A stretch of DNA of 61,924 nucleotides, filler included, from Basidiobolus meristosporus CBS 931.73 (taxonomy: Eukaryota; Fungi; Basidiobolomycota): the NCBI GenBank assembly GCA_002104905.1. It is 4 parts of 4 records of this genome, joined end to end, with 100 filler letters (N's around TTAATTAATTAA, not from the genome) between each part and the next. Parts side by side here need not be neighbours in the genome. Positions count along the whole stretch, not along the records: positions 1 to 21,783 come from MCFE01000985.1; 3 more parts are not named here. One strand, given 5' to 3'. This document shows, piece after piece, positions 1 to 13,900 of the stretch. The notes beneath the pieces are model-generated. The model was given only the letters and a program-made list of their open reading frames with translations. It ran no database searches and was not told where the DNA came from. The position numbers and the translations under genes are program-made. The stretch's first letter is position 1; each line of letters opens with the position of its first letter.

Positions 1-206
1 GATTGGCTAATGCCTCTTTTTCACACTCCTTACTTCCTGACTGAACTGTTTCTCTTACTTTTCATGTGTACAAATTGATTTACTTCCATTGAACTTCAGT
101 TGTACTCACTTGCCATTATATTGACCTATACAGGTCCCTATACCCTACACTGACATTAAGCACAACCACAAACTCAACAAGTCTCTCCATTAAATCCACC
201 ACCCAA

Positions 207-2115
207 TTAGTATTTCTTCTGTAACCCTTTGGTTCCACAACTCTGGCAGAAACCAATGGCTTTATGCCACTGTTCATTCACTGGTTCCCACATGTCCTGG
301 TCTTCAGCTGGTACTGCAAGGTCTAGCACATCATCTGCCAGTCTTTGCAATAAATCCTTGCAATATTTCAGTGTGTTTTCTTGAGCACTGCTCTTGAAGA
401 CATGCTGCAACCTCTTGGTGTGCCTATTAATGTTCCCAAACTCCACAGAAGCATTGTGATAGTCTTGTGAGCACTTCAGATTGTAGCCTTTTCTGTCAGT
501 AGGATCTCCACTCTGTCAACAATGGAGGATATGGAGGCTGTGGTAGACTAATTGTCTTTTTCAGCAAACTATCTACCCTGCTGAAGTGTAGCTCAACTGG
601 CTGTGCCTCCAACTCTGGTGAAAACAGGTGTGTTCTTGTTAGTAATTCTTCATGGCTATGATGGGACTCAGTCTGCTCCAGGCTTGCGGTGTTTATTTAC
701 AAGAGCTGCAGTTTTTTTGCATGCCTCCCTAACTCAGGCTTGGGTAGACATTTTTCCCTTTACCTTTTCCTTTGTCACTGCCAGGTATATCACTGCTTCT
801 TTGTCTGAGTGCTTCTTGTAAAGAACTATGTTTTCTCCTGGATAGATTCTGCTCTGACATATCTGTTTTGGCCTGCTTGTCCCTTGCTGGCACTCTTCTC
901 ACAACCTGACATTTCTTTTTGCTAGTTTTGAGCTCTCAACCATAGTTGTGACAGGCTCCTGTAAAAGCGGCTGGTTTTTATCACTGCCAGGTCCTTCACT
1001 GGTACTTTGATTGGGTGCTTCTTGAGTGGTACTACACTTTTCCATGATAACTGTGGTGCTGGTGCATCTGCACCTGCCTACTTGCCCCTATTTGACACTC
1101 TTCCAGCTACCTGACATCTCTTTGACACTTGTCATGAGCTCTGAGCCCTGCTTGTAACAGGCTCTTAAGGAAGCCACTGGTTTTTAGCCATGGCACCTTT
1201 GTTCTTCTGTCTTTGGTAGTTTCTATTATTCTGAAGATACTTTCTTAGCATACCAATGTTGGCCCAAAATCAGTTTGGCCATTTGAATCCAGGATAATGC
1301 TCATGGAACAAGTCAAGTGTATGCTGCTTGGCCTTGAGTTGCTGATGGTCCAATGGTATGCCGGCCTTAAGGTGATGGCATGCTAGACTTCTGACAGCCT
1401 CTTGTATATTAGTCCACTCTTCATAATTGCACTCAACAGCATCACAGATCTTCAATGTCTTTTGATTCTTAGGCTTTGGTATAAACACCACATTGTCTCC
1501 CTCCCATGCTGTGATAGGTTTTTCTGTGGGCTTTATCTTCAAGCACTGTTGTTATGTTTCAAAGACTGATTGGTATTTCTCTGCTGTTACATTGGGAAAT
1601 GGCTCAATTCTTGGCTGTGATATTGAGATACTTGAGTTCCTTCTTTGCAGCAACAACACTGCTATCTCTACCTGGGATATTGATTGCTCTACACGTATTA
1701 TCTGCTCATCCTGTTTCTGGACTATTTCCTGATTTCTCTTGGCCATTGCATCTATCCTATCAGTCACTGCAGCTAATTGCTTCATTAATGCTTTGATATG
1801 AGCTCACAACATACTTGCTAATATGGATGGTGATGATGTTATCATGGCTACTTGCTGGTCTTCAGCTGAGGGTGCTGCATTTGCTACATTCTCATCTGCC
1901 TGAGCATAACAATCCGCTTGTGGCTCCACAGAGTTTCTCAATTGCCTACTTGCCTGAGAGCCTGAGGAGTCTGCATTATTACCCTCAATAAGCACTCTGT
2001 CCACAGGGCCTTTTTTGGATGTTACCCCGCTTGTTGCACTGAATGTCAAAGCAGGCTGTGGTCCAACCATTCTTCTGTAGCCATCAGTGGTGGGGCTTAG
2101 TTGGGAACCTGACAA
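207..2115 (-). pseudogene. Degenerate second ORF (unknown function) of the CACTA-like element, divergent from the transposase
   Basis: Fragments 207-446 (NINRHTKRLQHVFKSSA), 1270-1542, 1552-1785 and 1804-2115. The same sequence recurs inverted at 14140-14780 next to the second transposase copy, so it travels with the element. Confidence 0.5.
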
Positions 2116-2362
2116 CTATGCTTTATACTTTGGTGGCATATATGTGAAAGTGAATCAAACTAAAGGGGAAATAGTTTTACATGTATTTTGTGTATGTGGT
2201 GCCACAACTTCATTTATAATGCTTACTATGGCAGGTCATCATTGAATCTTACATTCATATAGGTGCAATGTCTCAAATACAAGACTGTCTTGAGTTTACA
2301 TGAGTACTGGCCAAGAAGTGATATAATAGCATTACATTGTTGAAGGTAAAACTGTTTGCTCC

Positions 2363-3135
2363 ATGAATAAGACTACTTTGACTCAACACCATGAGAGAAG
2401 AGAAAAAGACCATGTGGCTATTGTGGCAAGCCTCTCAGCCAGGAGGCATGCAGACAGCATAGGAAATATTACAAGGATCACAGTATTCACGTCCAAAAAT
2501 GCTACCATTACAACATGTCCAAATTGTCAGGAATCCACCACCATTGAGGGAAAACATTGTCCACACTCCAGATATATTCCGGTCATACCCCATCTGAGGA
2601 AGCTAATGCAATCCAACAAATATTGCAAAGCTATACAGTACCACACTCTGTATCAATCAAGCGTAAACATATTGGATATATTTAAAGGCAAACATTACAA
2701 ACAGCTAAGAAGCAAGGGCCACTTTGAAGGTAGGTATGGCCATGCCTTTGCCTTAGCACTTGATGGATTTGCATTAAGCAAGAACTCTACCAGCAAATCC
2801 TGCTGGCCATAGATTCTCATTAATCTGAATCTATCATCCATCTTACAGCATCAGAGCAATAATCTGATGGTAGTCTCACTGGTATTGGGGCCTATATCAC
2901 CATCCAGCCTGGATAGATACCTGTATCCATTGCTGGATGAATTTTGTATGCTTTCCAGTGGGATAACAGTAAATGGCCATCATGTAAAAGCATGTATTAT
3001 TATATGCATTGGAGATACCCCAGCCATCAGCAAGATAGCAGGTTTTTCTGGGCACAATGGCTGGCATTGCTGTCAAATGTTGGAGATCAAGGGGATTTAC
3101 TCCATAACTCACACACATAATTATTATATTGCTAC
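2363..3135 (+). mobile_element. CACTA/EnSpm (Transposase_21-like) transposase pseudogene, 3'-truncated
   Basis: Motifs TCPNC, FALALDGF..S..SCWP, LVLGP..P.SLDRYLYPLLDE and GDTPAISKIAGFSGHNG across broken ORFs 2363-2812 and 2867-3205. Confidence 0.8.
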
Positions 3136-4884
3136 ACCATGGAGCATTGACTGTAGCTCTGGGTTTGATCCTTGTATAGTGTACCACACTGATCCATTGG
3201 AATAATTGGTGGTTGCAGCCTTAGTATTGCTCTCCCATGATCTGCCTAGTAGAAGGTCAAAGTTAGCCTTCTGGCAGATAAAGAGGGGATGCCAGACCTT
3301 AATTTCTTGTACTTCAATAGGGAACTTGTGCACTACACCATAGAGTGGACTAGATCCTGAGTTTGCATCAGTCATGTTCCATCCAATATCTCTATCAACA
3401 GGCAGTAGCTCCTTGCTTCTAAGTGTCTTCCGGAAGTCTAGTGACACAACACAAATCTCTGAACCACTGTCAATATGGCAGTCAACAGGGTCATCATATA
3501 TATACCCTTTCACCACCGCAGTTGCAACTGAGTAAAAGGTCTTATAATCAGTAGTGTTGCCATCCTCTTGGTAGTCTTCATGGTATGTCTGAATTATATG
3601 GGTGTCTATATTTTCAATGGCTTGTTGTCTTGTTCTGAGCTGCTTATCAAAGTTCTTCCTAACAACTGGGGATGTACTCATGATTTCTCCAACAGACAAA
3701 GTGAGGTTCTGCTTCAGCAGCTTCTCAGTAATCTGCTGAGGGCTTGAGTAGCTTGCTATCTTTGAGGTCATCTCAAAGTGAGGCAATGGATCTTGGGTTG
3801 ACAGTATACCAAGCCTCTTGTCAATGATAACCTTAGGCTCTTCAAACAATGGTCTTCTAAGGATGTGCTTGGCAGGTTCTTCAGGGAGGTGTCATTTGGT
3901 AGCAAAGGCATCAACTTTGTATTGTCTGTTGTCAGGGCTGCTTGGACTCACTGTATGAGTCCCAATAGGGGCATCAAGAGTGATCTTTCTGGTTACTGAG
4001 TGAGATTTCTGGAAAAGAGCTCTGATACCTCCTCTCTGGAGATTTGTGGGGATTCTTTTTCCTTCCCTGTCAGCAAGCATTCCATCAGCATCAAACTGCA
4101 CAGCTCCTTCTCTAAGTAGCTGACTAATCTCTGAGCATTCTCTTCTTGCATGCTGAGTAGTGTCACACCAGATGCAGTGTCTGGGCAAAGGTCTTTGGCC
4201 CTCAGTAGCTTCCTCAGCTGAGCTATTAATCTTGAGGGCTAGCTTTTGTTGCTGTTCAGCAAGTTGATTAATTCTGTTGGTAGTTTAGTCTAATTGTCAG
4301 CAACAGCACTCCTTGGTTCCTTGGTTGACTGGTCTGGCAGATTAGACTTCAGAAGTCTCATAAAGGTGTAAGTCTCCTTTGCCTCTAGGAGAACACCCTT
4401 TGTCTCTGCAAAGCATGGAACTCTAGACATGTCATCCTTGGCTGCATGTAAGTCATCTTTCCTTGCCAAGGCTGAGGAAGCCCTTGTGCAAGGTAAAGTT
4501 TCATGGTAAGCTCAGTTATAGCCTGGGACTCTAGGAGTGGCTTGGCTATGTCTTTATACTGTTGAATGAACTCTTCAAGGGGTGACTTGGAAGTCCAGTC
4601 CTTCCAAAGTGTCTGAGGTCTTCAACTCCATAGTATATCTGGGGTCTACCATACTTGGTTTGTAGGTAGATCTTCATTAAGATCTAGTCAGTGAGAGCAC
4701 CTCCTTGTCTGAGAAGCTTAGTGGTAATATCATTGGGGCAGTAGTAGGGGAAGTCTTCAGCCATTTCTTGCTCAGATAGGCTGCACATCTTGCAGAGCTT
4801 CTCACATTTGAGTATGAAGCTTTCCACATTCTTTCCATCAAGCTGTGGGGCTCCATGTGAGAGTGGTAATGGCATAGAGTTCAT
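3135..4884 (-). mobile_element. Ty3/gypsy-type gag + aspartic protease fragment (no RT retained)
   Basis: APQLDGKNVESF gag N-terminus (4684-4884), CCHC knuckle CIWCDTTQHARREC (3892-4188), retropepsin HIDSGSEIC (3124-3849). Interrupted by stops and frameshifts. Confidence 0.75.
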
Positions 4885-5689
4885 TTTAGGTAGGTAGGTT
4901 GGTGTTGTAATCTTGATAATATTGGTAGTCTCTTTCCAATAAGTGGATGATGGCTCAAATCTTCAGGTAAATCTTGTTGGGTCCTAGGGAGCTTGTATGA
5001 ACCCCCCACATTAGGTGCCAAATATGTGGTGGTGTATAAGTCCAAGGGAGAGATACGTCCAACACTTCTCAAGTGTTATGTGTGTGGGGTGTTCACTGGG
5101 TGCAATAACCTCTGGCAAAAGCTTGCAAGGAATACTTGGGCTCTGTCTCTAATCTAATGTGATGGGGAATAAAGTCACAAGCTTGTCAAGGGAAAACTAT
5201 TGAGCTACAATCCCCAACTTAGTTGGTATCTTGACAAAAATATGTGCTGGGCTCAGCATTCCTTGAGATGACAATGTACTAAAGCTTCCAGAGTCAAAAC
5301 AACTGTAAACTTCACTGGCAGGGACTTGACAAGAATGCAGCTGTGGTCAATAGTTACAAAGGCAGAAAAGTATCTTTGCCTGTACAAGCACAAACTTGGG
5401 CAAGAATCAAATATAATAAAAGATACCTACTCTTAGCGTTCCTCACAAGTAGTGCCTCCAAGGTCAGTTGGCTGTCAGTGCAGTTTCCTGGGAGTGTCCT
5501 ATGGTCTGGGATTGGAAGGTCAGGTAGCAGCAGGTTGCAGTGATCACACTAATTAACAGGTTGGAATATTGATAAAAGGAATGATGATCTATTGTTGAGG
5601 GATTGCCTCCCTTGTATACTTTTCTCACCAGCTAAGTGATGACTAATCATGGTGGTCCAGAAGGTTCTGTATATCTATAGAAATCTTAA

Positions 5690-6088
5690 TTACATTGGAA
5701 TGAGCTAAGAGTATTCTAAGTAGGTACCACAAGGCTCTAAGAGGCACAGCACATCCAACCAATCATGAATCAGTACTATGAAACCTGTGTAATATTGGGA
5801 TACCATATATGGTATGGAATGGTAGGGATGGTGACACTAGTTAATCATGTGTCACAGGTACTGGTGCGGATGCTTGCCTAGTATAGAGGCACTTATAGCT
5901 AGTATTCTCACATAAAGTGAGGGGTAACTTATGCAATAAGATAAGCCGGTGTGATAGTCAACCAGCTTATGGGATAGTACTGATTTGGTAAGACAAATAA
6001 AACTACAATATGTGTAGTGAGAAATAGGGAAGTAGAAAATATGGGAATGAGCACATCTGTCAGTGGGTGTCACTGTAACCCCACTACA
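5690..6088 (-). repeat. LTR-like repeat upstream of the gag-pro fragment; inverted copy at ~9706-10110
   Basis: Reverse complement of 9706-10110 (TGTAGTGGGATCACAGTGACACCCACTGACAGATGTGCTCATTCCC...). Terminus TGTAGTGGG. The inner LTR boundary is not resolved. Confidence 0.55.
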
Positions 6089-6089
6089 C

Positions 6090-6790
6090 CAGATTTCTCA
6101 TGGTCACAGCCAACTTCTACACCATTCAATATGGGATTCACACAAACAAAAACTAGAGCACACCTATACGGGGGACTAGATTGCAACAGGGAGAAGGAAT
6201 ATATTGGCTAAATACCAAGTAGTTCTTTGCAGATATTCAGGAGGTATTCATGGCGGAAGTGGCAACAACAAAGCATATGTTTGCAAGATGTATTTATTAC
6301 CAGCAGTACAAGGCATATGGCAACTTTGCAAGTATCACACTCAAAAGCCGTAAAGTTGAGGTGATAAAAGTACGTCAATTGTGGCAAGTGTGCAGGTTTG
6401 CAGAGGTTAGTAAGCAGGAGGCCATAGTTTTTTTGATTTGAACTATATGTGGAGTACCCAAGGTAGTAGTGGGTAAGCTAATCAAGAGGGGTGACTTTAT
6501 AGTGGAATATATGAGTTGCACAAGGGGAGGTAGCAAAAGGAAATACCATTTGGTAAGTTGGTATGGTAGCATCATACAGAACCAGCAGTAGACTGTTGTA
6601 CTGTCAATAAAATGCCATCAGAGTCTTGCAGTGAGGCCATCAAAATACCATAAAGTTTCTTTCCATATAAAGCAATTGGATGTCCTGGCCAATTGGATCC
6701 ACTTAAAATAGCTATAGAGCACTAAAAGACCACAACAATACCATGCATATATTGTCACAACTCCAATAAAATACTGTCAGGATGGATCTG
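6090..6790 (+). repeat. Dispersed repeat, probable subterminal region of the CACTA-like family
   Basis: Shared block (GGCGGAAGTGGCAACAACAAAGCATATGTTTGCAAGATG ... GCAATTGGATGTCCTGGCCAATTGGATCCAC) recurs at ~25310-25930 (+) and inverted at ~18130-18830; partial copies at ~10990-11400 and ~17410-17760. Confidence 0.7.
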
Positions 6791-8134
6791 GTTCAAATGT
6801 GCTCTCTTGAGGGGATCTTCAGAATGGCCGCAAAAGAGGTTTTGGGCAATTTTCCATGTACTATTCAAAAGGATGTTCACTTCAACTCAGTCAGCATCTT
6901 GCATGGTGAGACCAAGAGGCAGAAGTCTTGCTCAATTGGTGTCCGGTCTTGCTGGTGTGCATCTTAGACATAACTAAACTTGTAAAGAAGCTCAGTAGAA
7001 CTCTTTATGGTCTTGGCTCCTTCAGCATAAAGAGGCAAGGATCTTGGGACAACTACCAGGGCAGGTCTAGAGGAAGATGTTAATCTGGAGGATCAAAAGG
7101 CATGATTCTTGGTGGCTGATGCAGAGCAAGGCTTGGCAGATTTTCAATGAGGTCAACTACTCTGGCAACATTCTCCAGAGCTTCTTTGATAATTCCAATT
7201 TTATCTTGGTAACCAGATATACCTTCAAGGAGTTCATCTCTACAACAATTTTCAGATCTTATCTTGGCAAGCTTTGAGTGCTCAAGCATCAAGGTGATTC
7301 TTTCATGCATGATGTTCTCAAACTGTTGAGTCAGTTCTTCCTGATTTCTTTGGGCCTCTTCCAATATGGAAAGATTTGGATTACTTGGTGCTGAGGACAT
7401 ATTTTAAGTGGTTGAATGTAATGGAATTCAACAAAAAAAAGTTATATCAAGAGAAAAGTGTAATAAAACTCTTTAATGAGTTAACTGAACCTAAGTGGCA
7501 ACTAAGTGCAGAATCCTAGAGTTATCAAGAGTGACAGAGATCTTAGCAGAGAGGTTCTGGTCTAATATTGGTCTTGTATATAGCTGAGTTGGGCTATAAT
7601 GGCAACAGGTTTAGTTTGCTATGCAGGCTGGGCTTGGTGCTTGTGGGAGTGCTAGATATGCTAGGCTTGGGTAGAAACTAGAACAGAACTGCTGAATTCT
7701 TAATTTTGCTGAAACATAATCTTGATTTTATTGAGACACACACTAAGCCAAAAGGCTCAGTAAGCTTTATTTATACTTCTCTGATCAAGTTGATAAGTAA
7801 GCACCAAGAGGCTAGACTAATTGAAATTGGTGGGGTGTTGATAGGTGCATAAGATGAATGGAAAATTGCATCAGTGATCAGCCAATGCCTTGACAACTGC
7901 TAAGTGGCTGAATAGATCTCAGATGATTAATCATGTGGAAAGGCTTGACAGATAAGTTGAGGATGTAATGACTATATGAATATTGATCAGGTGAGACAGC
8001 TAAAAATAGATTCTGAGAAACAATAAAATATACTATAACAGGGATTAGTTATGATGGGGTTAGGAATATCAATTGGGGTACTAGATTTTCTAACAGAGTA
8101 AAATTGGCCAAGTTTTAAATGTTGATGCACAACA
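6790..8134 (-). mobile_element. Truncated Ty3/gypsy copy (5' LTR + gag N-terminus), same family as 57616-61693
   Basis: ORF 7080-7400 (RNQEELTQQFENIM...SLALHQPPR) matches 58302-58790. LTR starts TGTTGTGCATCAACA at 8134 on the minus strand. Confidence 0.85.
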
Positions 8135-9705
8135 ACTCTGATCAAAGTAATTAATGATCTAGGTGGATATCAATATTGACTGTATCACTCTCCAATAGTC
8201 AACCATTCTGGACTAACAATGTCATGAGATCCAATATGCTCCAACACACTGTGGTGTCACCTATAAGGAAGTCCAGAACCATATCACAAAATGAAGCTCC
8301 CTTAGGTCATCAGCAGAAAAAGAAAAAGAAGAAAAATGGAAAATACTATAGCTGCAAATTAGGGCACTCCCCAATGAAGACAAAATATATGTAAGCTCTG
8401 TTTGGACTATCTTGCAATGCAGATATGCTCTACAGAGCCTCTTGTATAGAGTTCTCAAGCCAGAAAGCCCAAAAGTGCCCAGAAGCTTCAACAGGATCTG
8501 TCAGACATTGTAGGATATATCAGAGCATATTATTCAAAGCAGATATCTTGATATCGGCTGTCTATGGAGCTGAAAGAAAAAGATGGAAGGATCAGCCAGA
8601 TAGTTTTTACAGATTCTGAAGACACTAAGACAATCTGTTAGCCTTGCAAACCAAGCACATGGTTACAAATTATTATCAGGAGAATAAGGATCTTCAAAAT
8701 CCTTTTCAAGGAGAGTCTCACCTCAGAAAAAGCCCCTATCTCTACTCTACAAGTATATTCTGATATGACAAAAGCAGCTTCATCAGTCCAAATCAGTAGA
8801 TGTACTCAAAAAATGGCTACCAAACAGCTAATGGTACTTTTTGATACCAAACTGGGTGAATGAAGAAGCAAATGGATCTTAAATCAACCATAAATGCAGT
8901 AATCAATCCAGATAAAGTTATTGCTACTTGAGGAATACAAAGATGACCATTCTAGATTCTTTTTTGTGAGTTCATATTGCTGAACTGAAGTGGTCCAAGT
9001 GGGAGCAAGCCAATGCAGCTCAGAGTCAAGCAAACACTTTTTTAGCCATGTTGTATGTGCCTTAGTTCCAAGAAGTGCGGATAATCTGGGTCAGGCACAA
9101 AACCTTAACATGGCCCAATAATGGTCATCTCTTGTATCTCATAGAGAGTCTATATAATGTAAGTAACTGTCCTTGAATCTAATATGAACATATATAGAGT
9201 TGTCTAAACAAATAAAACTGTTGCCCAGAAATTAGGAAACTCCTGATCTGCCATAAACAGCAAATCCTTAACACGACAACAAGAGGGTCAATGGTGTTCA
9301 AATAAGAAGCATTGAGTAGCCCAGAAGCAATAAATACTAATAATATCATCTGAAAATCAGACTCAGCATATTATTTAAGCCTGTGCAAGGGATCAAAGAA
9401 GAAGATTTGAATTCTGATCAGATTTTTCCAACTTTAAGCCTACAAATACATAGATATGCACATTGAGTTACAAGTTAGTTCTTTAGTTAAGTTGAACCCA
9501 AATGCATATACAATATCTCAAACTTCTAACAACAGTATTCAACAGATTTTCCCCTGATTTTATATCGCAATTCCTGCTGCAAGTGGCAAGCAGCTCATGA
9601 CCAAGTTTGTGTGATTGCAAGCAGGCCTAGTCCCCTCCAGGACAGTATGTCTGCTTGCCTACCCAACAATCAGTACCCAAGATATTGAGTGCTGTCAGCT
9701 GTTGT

Positions 9706-10110
9706 AGTGGGATCACAGTGACACCCACTGACAGATGTGCTCATTCCCATATTTTCCACTTCCCTATATCTCTACTACACTTATTTTAGTTTTATCCCAT
9801 TTGTCTTACCTGATCAGTACTATCCCATAAGCTGGTTGACTATCCCACTTGCTTACCTAGTTGCAAAGGTTATCCCTCACTTTATGTAAGATTGCTAGCA
9901 GCAAATGCTTCTATATTAGGAAAGTACCTGCATCAGTACCTATGACACATGATCAACTTGTGTCACCATCCCTACCATTTCCATTCCATATATGGTAGCC
10001 CTAGGTTACACAGGCTTCAAGGTACTGATTCCTGATTGGTTGGATGTGCTGTGCCTCCTAGAATCATCTGGCACCTACTTAAAACATTCTTAGGTCATTG
10101 ATGATGACTT
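9706..10110 (+). repeat. Partial LTR-like copy of 5690-6088
   Basis: Direct reverse-complement match to 5690-6088, starting TGTAGTGGG. Confidence 0.6.
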
Positions 10111-10985
10111 CTAGAAGCAAAGAGAGCAATACATACATCTTCTCTGTAAAGGAGAGGTTTGATAGGAAGAACTACAGACTATGGAGAATCAGGATACAGA
10201 CTTATCTCAGAGGCTACAGCAACCAAACTGATTGATGTTCTCTACATACCTGGAATATCTAAGAACCTACTTACAGTTAGTAAAGCAATTGCTCAGGGAT
10301 GAAAATTTGTTTTCACTAAGATGAACTGCTCAACATTGGGTGAAAATGGACAAAAATTAGCTTTGGAAATCAGAAATCATAATGTATACAAGTTACAATG
10401 CAAGATCATTGCACCTGAGTATGCTAACATAGCTGAAACCGCTTAAACTAACTGGAAGTTGTGGCATAGGAGGCTAGGCCACATTGCAGAACTGAAAATG
10501 AGTCAATTGGTGAAAAATCAACCTGTTTTGGGCCTAAATTACTCAATTGTGATAAAATTGAGTGTCTCTAAGAGATGTTAATATGGCAAGCAAGCTAGGC
10601 AGTGATTTAGGAGCTCAGGAGGCATCAACACCACTGAAATACTGGCTATTGTACACTCAGACATATGTGGGCCCATGAGAGCTCTGTCCTTTGGAGCCAA
10701 GATATACTTGGTGATATTCATTGGTGACAAGACAAGATATTCATGGTTTACTTCTTTACAAAGGAAGAGGCTTTAGAGACATTTAAACACTTTAAGAACA
10801 TGGTAGAAAAACACAAGCTGGGTGTAAATTGAAGATACTCCAAAGCAACAATGGAGGGGAATACTGCTCAAAGGAGCTTGCAAAATACTGCTGATCTACT
10901 GGTATACTTCAACAAACCACTGTTCCACATACTCCACAGCAAAACAAGCTAGCAGAACGTGCAAATAGAACAATTGTGGAGATGG
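10110..10985 (+). mobile_element. Degenerate Ty1/copia protease-linker-integrase fragment
   Basis: Translatable motifs LYIPGISKNLLTVS, VHSDICGPM, GGEY, TTVPHTPQQN..AERANRTIVEM, with stops. Confidence 0.8.
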
Positions 10986-10989
10986 GATC

Positions 10990-13900
10990 CCATTTGCATA
11001 CCATCATCATACCAGCCGCTTAGAATTAATAACCCTCTTCACAATCTTTTGACAGGCTCACAATGGCATCTAGCTAACTTTACTGCCAAATAAAGTTATA
11101 AGACTTGACAGAGGCTGATTAGTGCTGTAGCTGTAATTGTATGGCATTGTTGCAGTCTTGGTGCACTTTACAGTTATTTTAAGGAGTTTTAACCAGCCAG
11201 TACATCCAATTGCCTTGTATAGGAACAAACTTGACAGTGTTTTGAATGCCTCATTGCAAGTCTCGGATGACATTAAAATGGCAGTACCAAGAGAAACCCT
11301 GCATACTTTGGTACAGCTTTCCTAACAAAAATGAGTTGCTTGTTGCACCTAACCCAACTTTGCATTACTTAACTAATTACCTATGCATTGGGGCTGCTAA
11401 GCTTCTTAATACCATAGGTACAGGTGTCTCTATGTGCACATTTATCCTTGGTATTTTCCAACTTTTCCTTGCTGCCCCCCATTTACCAATTCATCAATCC
11501 ATCATGGATTCAAAGGTAATGATTCTGATGGGACTGGGATTTGGTGGTCCTGCAACTTGACATGTCTTCTTATCTTCCTCACATTTGCTCCATAGGAAAC
11601 TCCCAAAAGGTGAAACAAGGACTGATATTCTCCTCACACCAAGCAAGATGGAGTCATGAATGGATACAGTAGCAGCAGGGATCTATTGTTCAGCTTTGTG
11701 CTTTTAGTATAGCTACTCAAATACCATTACAGGCTCTTTGCACAGCAACTGTTGATGTGTCCAGTTGACATTGGTGATCTGCTTCTGGATATATATTCCC
11801 ACAATGTCTATATATGACTTCCAGTGCTTCCAATTTACTCTTGGTGGGAATGGTTTCAGAACACCCCTTGAATAAATACATATCCAGTTCATCCAGTCCT
11901 AACATTTGTACTGTTTCATATGCATATGAATACTGATTGGAGCCCATGAGAAGTACTTAGGGTGGCAGATACCCTGTAATATCTTGCTAATTTTTCAGAT
12001 TTCTTTGATGTCTCAAAGTGTTCATTTGGCTTGAAATACCTCATCCACTGCTTGGTCAGTGATTTAGGGATATTGTTGAAATGCAAATATATTGCTCCCA
12101 GTGAAAAGCTTATGTTACAACAGATACACTCTATCTTAAATGCCTCTGGTTTCTAACTGATTCCCAACTCTGGCCAATGGCTAATAGCTTGCCAACTTTG
12201 CTGCAACTGCATGCTGACTTCTGTATATTCTCTCTGTGGGAAGATGATGTTATCAGTGCTGATGTTTGGATAATAATAGTGTGTGTGAGATATGGAGAAA
12301 ATCCCCTGGATCTTGCACTTTTGACAACAATATCATGCCTTGTGCCTAGAAAATCTGGCTATTTGCTGATGGCTGGGGTATCTCCAATGCAGAAGGTAAA
12401 ATGCACTTTGACATGATGGCCACTTACTGTTATTCTACTGGAAAGCATACAAAACTCATTCAGCAATTGATATAGGTAGCTATACAGGTTGGACAGTGAT
12501 TTGGCCCAGTTGCAAGTGAGACTACCATCAGATTATTGCTCTGATACTGTAAGAAAGGTTGGAGATTCAGGTGGATGAGAATCAGTGGCCTGCAGGATTT
12601 ACTGATAGAGTACCTATTTAATGAGAATCCATCAAGTGCTAAGGCAAAGGAATGGTAATACACACCTTTGTAGTAGCCCCTGTTTCTTGGCTATTTGTAA
12701 TGCTTGCCATCAAATATATTGGATATATTTGCACTTGATAGATACTCAGTGCAGTACTCTATAGCCTTGCAACAAATGTTGGACTATATTACCTCCTTTA
12801 GACAGGGTATTACCGGAATATATCTAGAGTGTGAACAATTTTTCCCTGAATGGTGGTGAATTCCCAACAATTTGGACATGTTGCAAAGGTGGCATTTTTT
12901 GTTGTGAATGCCATGCAACTGTCAACACATGCTGAAATCAGCAGAGTCTCTGGGTCATATGTTGCCAGCCACATGATGGTTGTCCACTTTGACCATGTAT
13001 ATGGTAAGTTGCATCCTGAAATGATTTTGACAAGTAGTAGTAGTAAATCCTCAATGCCCCCATTACTGATATTAGTGGAAATGCACCACTTCTCTAGCAA
13101 CAACACTACATCATTCACAAGTAGATGGATTACTGTATTCACATGGCTCACTAAAGTATCCTTGGTATTGCTTTCATCAGGTGTTGTCTCATTGAATATT
13201 GGGATTTGACCATGCTCAAGCATGGTACTGTTGTCAGGGGAGATAGGCCCACAATCCATCAGTGAGCCTTCTTTGCCAAAGCTGTCACTCTGTGTGCCAT
13301 ATTTAGAAGGCTGCGGTGAGCCTAAAGACATCAGAAACTCATCTGACTCAATTTGCACAAGGTTACAAAGATGGCCAAGTGCCAAGAGAGGCATGTCCAC
13401 TTCTCTGCAAGATAATATTGGTACATTAGTAATTGATGAATGGTCAGATATGACTTATGTGGCAAAACACCAGCTGTGATTCTTATAGTACTTCCTATGT
13501 GGTCTGCATTCTTTATGGCTGAGTGGCTTGCTACAATAGCTACATGATCTTTTTCTCTTCTCTTAAGGCATTGAATCAAAGTAGTCTTGTTGCTGGGGCA
13601 AACAGTTGGACCTTCTTCAACAAAATGCTATTATCTCACTTTATAGTCAGTAACCCTGTGAATTTAAGACAGTCTTATATTTGACACATTGCACCTACAT
13701 TAATGTACAATTCAATGATAACCTGCCATAGTAAGCATTATAAACAAAGCTCTGGCACCACATACCCATTTGTATGTAACACTATTTCCTCTATGATTTG
13801 ATTCACATCTGTACATATGCTGCCAAAAATATAGTAACATTGTCTGGTTCCCTGCCACACCCCACTGCTGACAGCAGCAGAAGAACCTTTGGACAACAGC

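Noticed and set aside
6082-6090. CACTACACC as a possible CACTA terminal inverted repeat (also ~14783)
   Set aside because: It is the reverse complement of the TGTAGTGG LTR-like terminus, and homologous repeat copies (18830, 25270) continue past this point, so it is not a DNA-transposon end.
8135-9700. CpG-depleted stretch with short broken frames, probably another TE
   Set aside because: No motif I can assign confidently; the same applies to 21884-22620 and 49010-50026.
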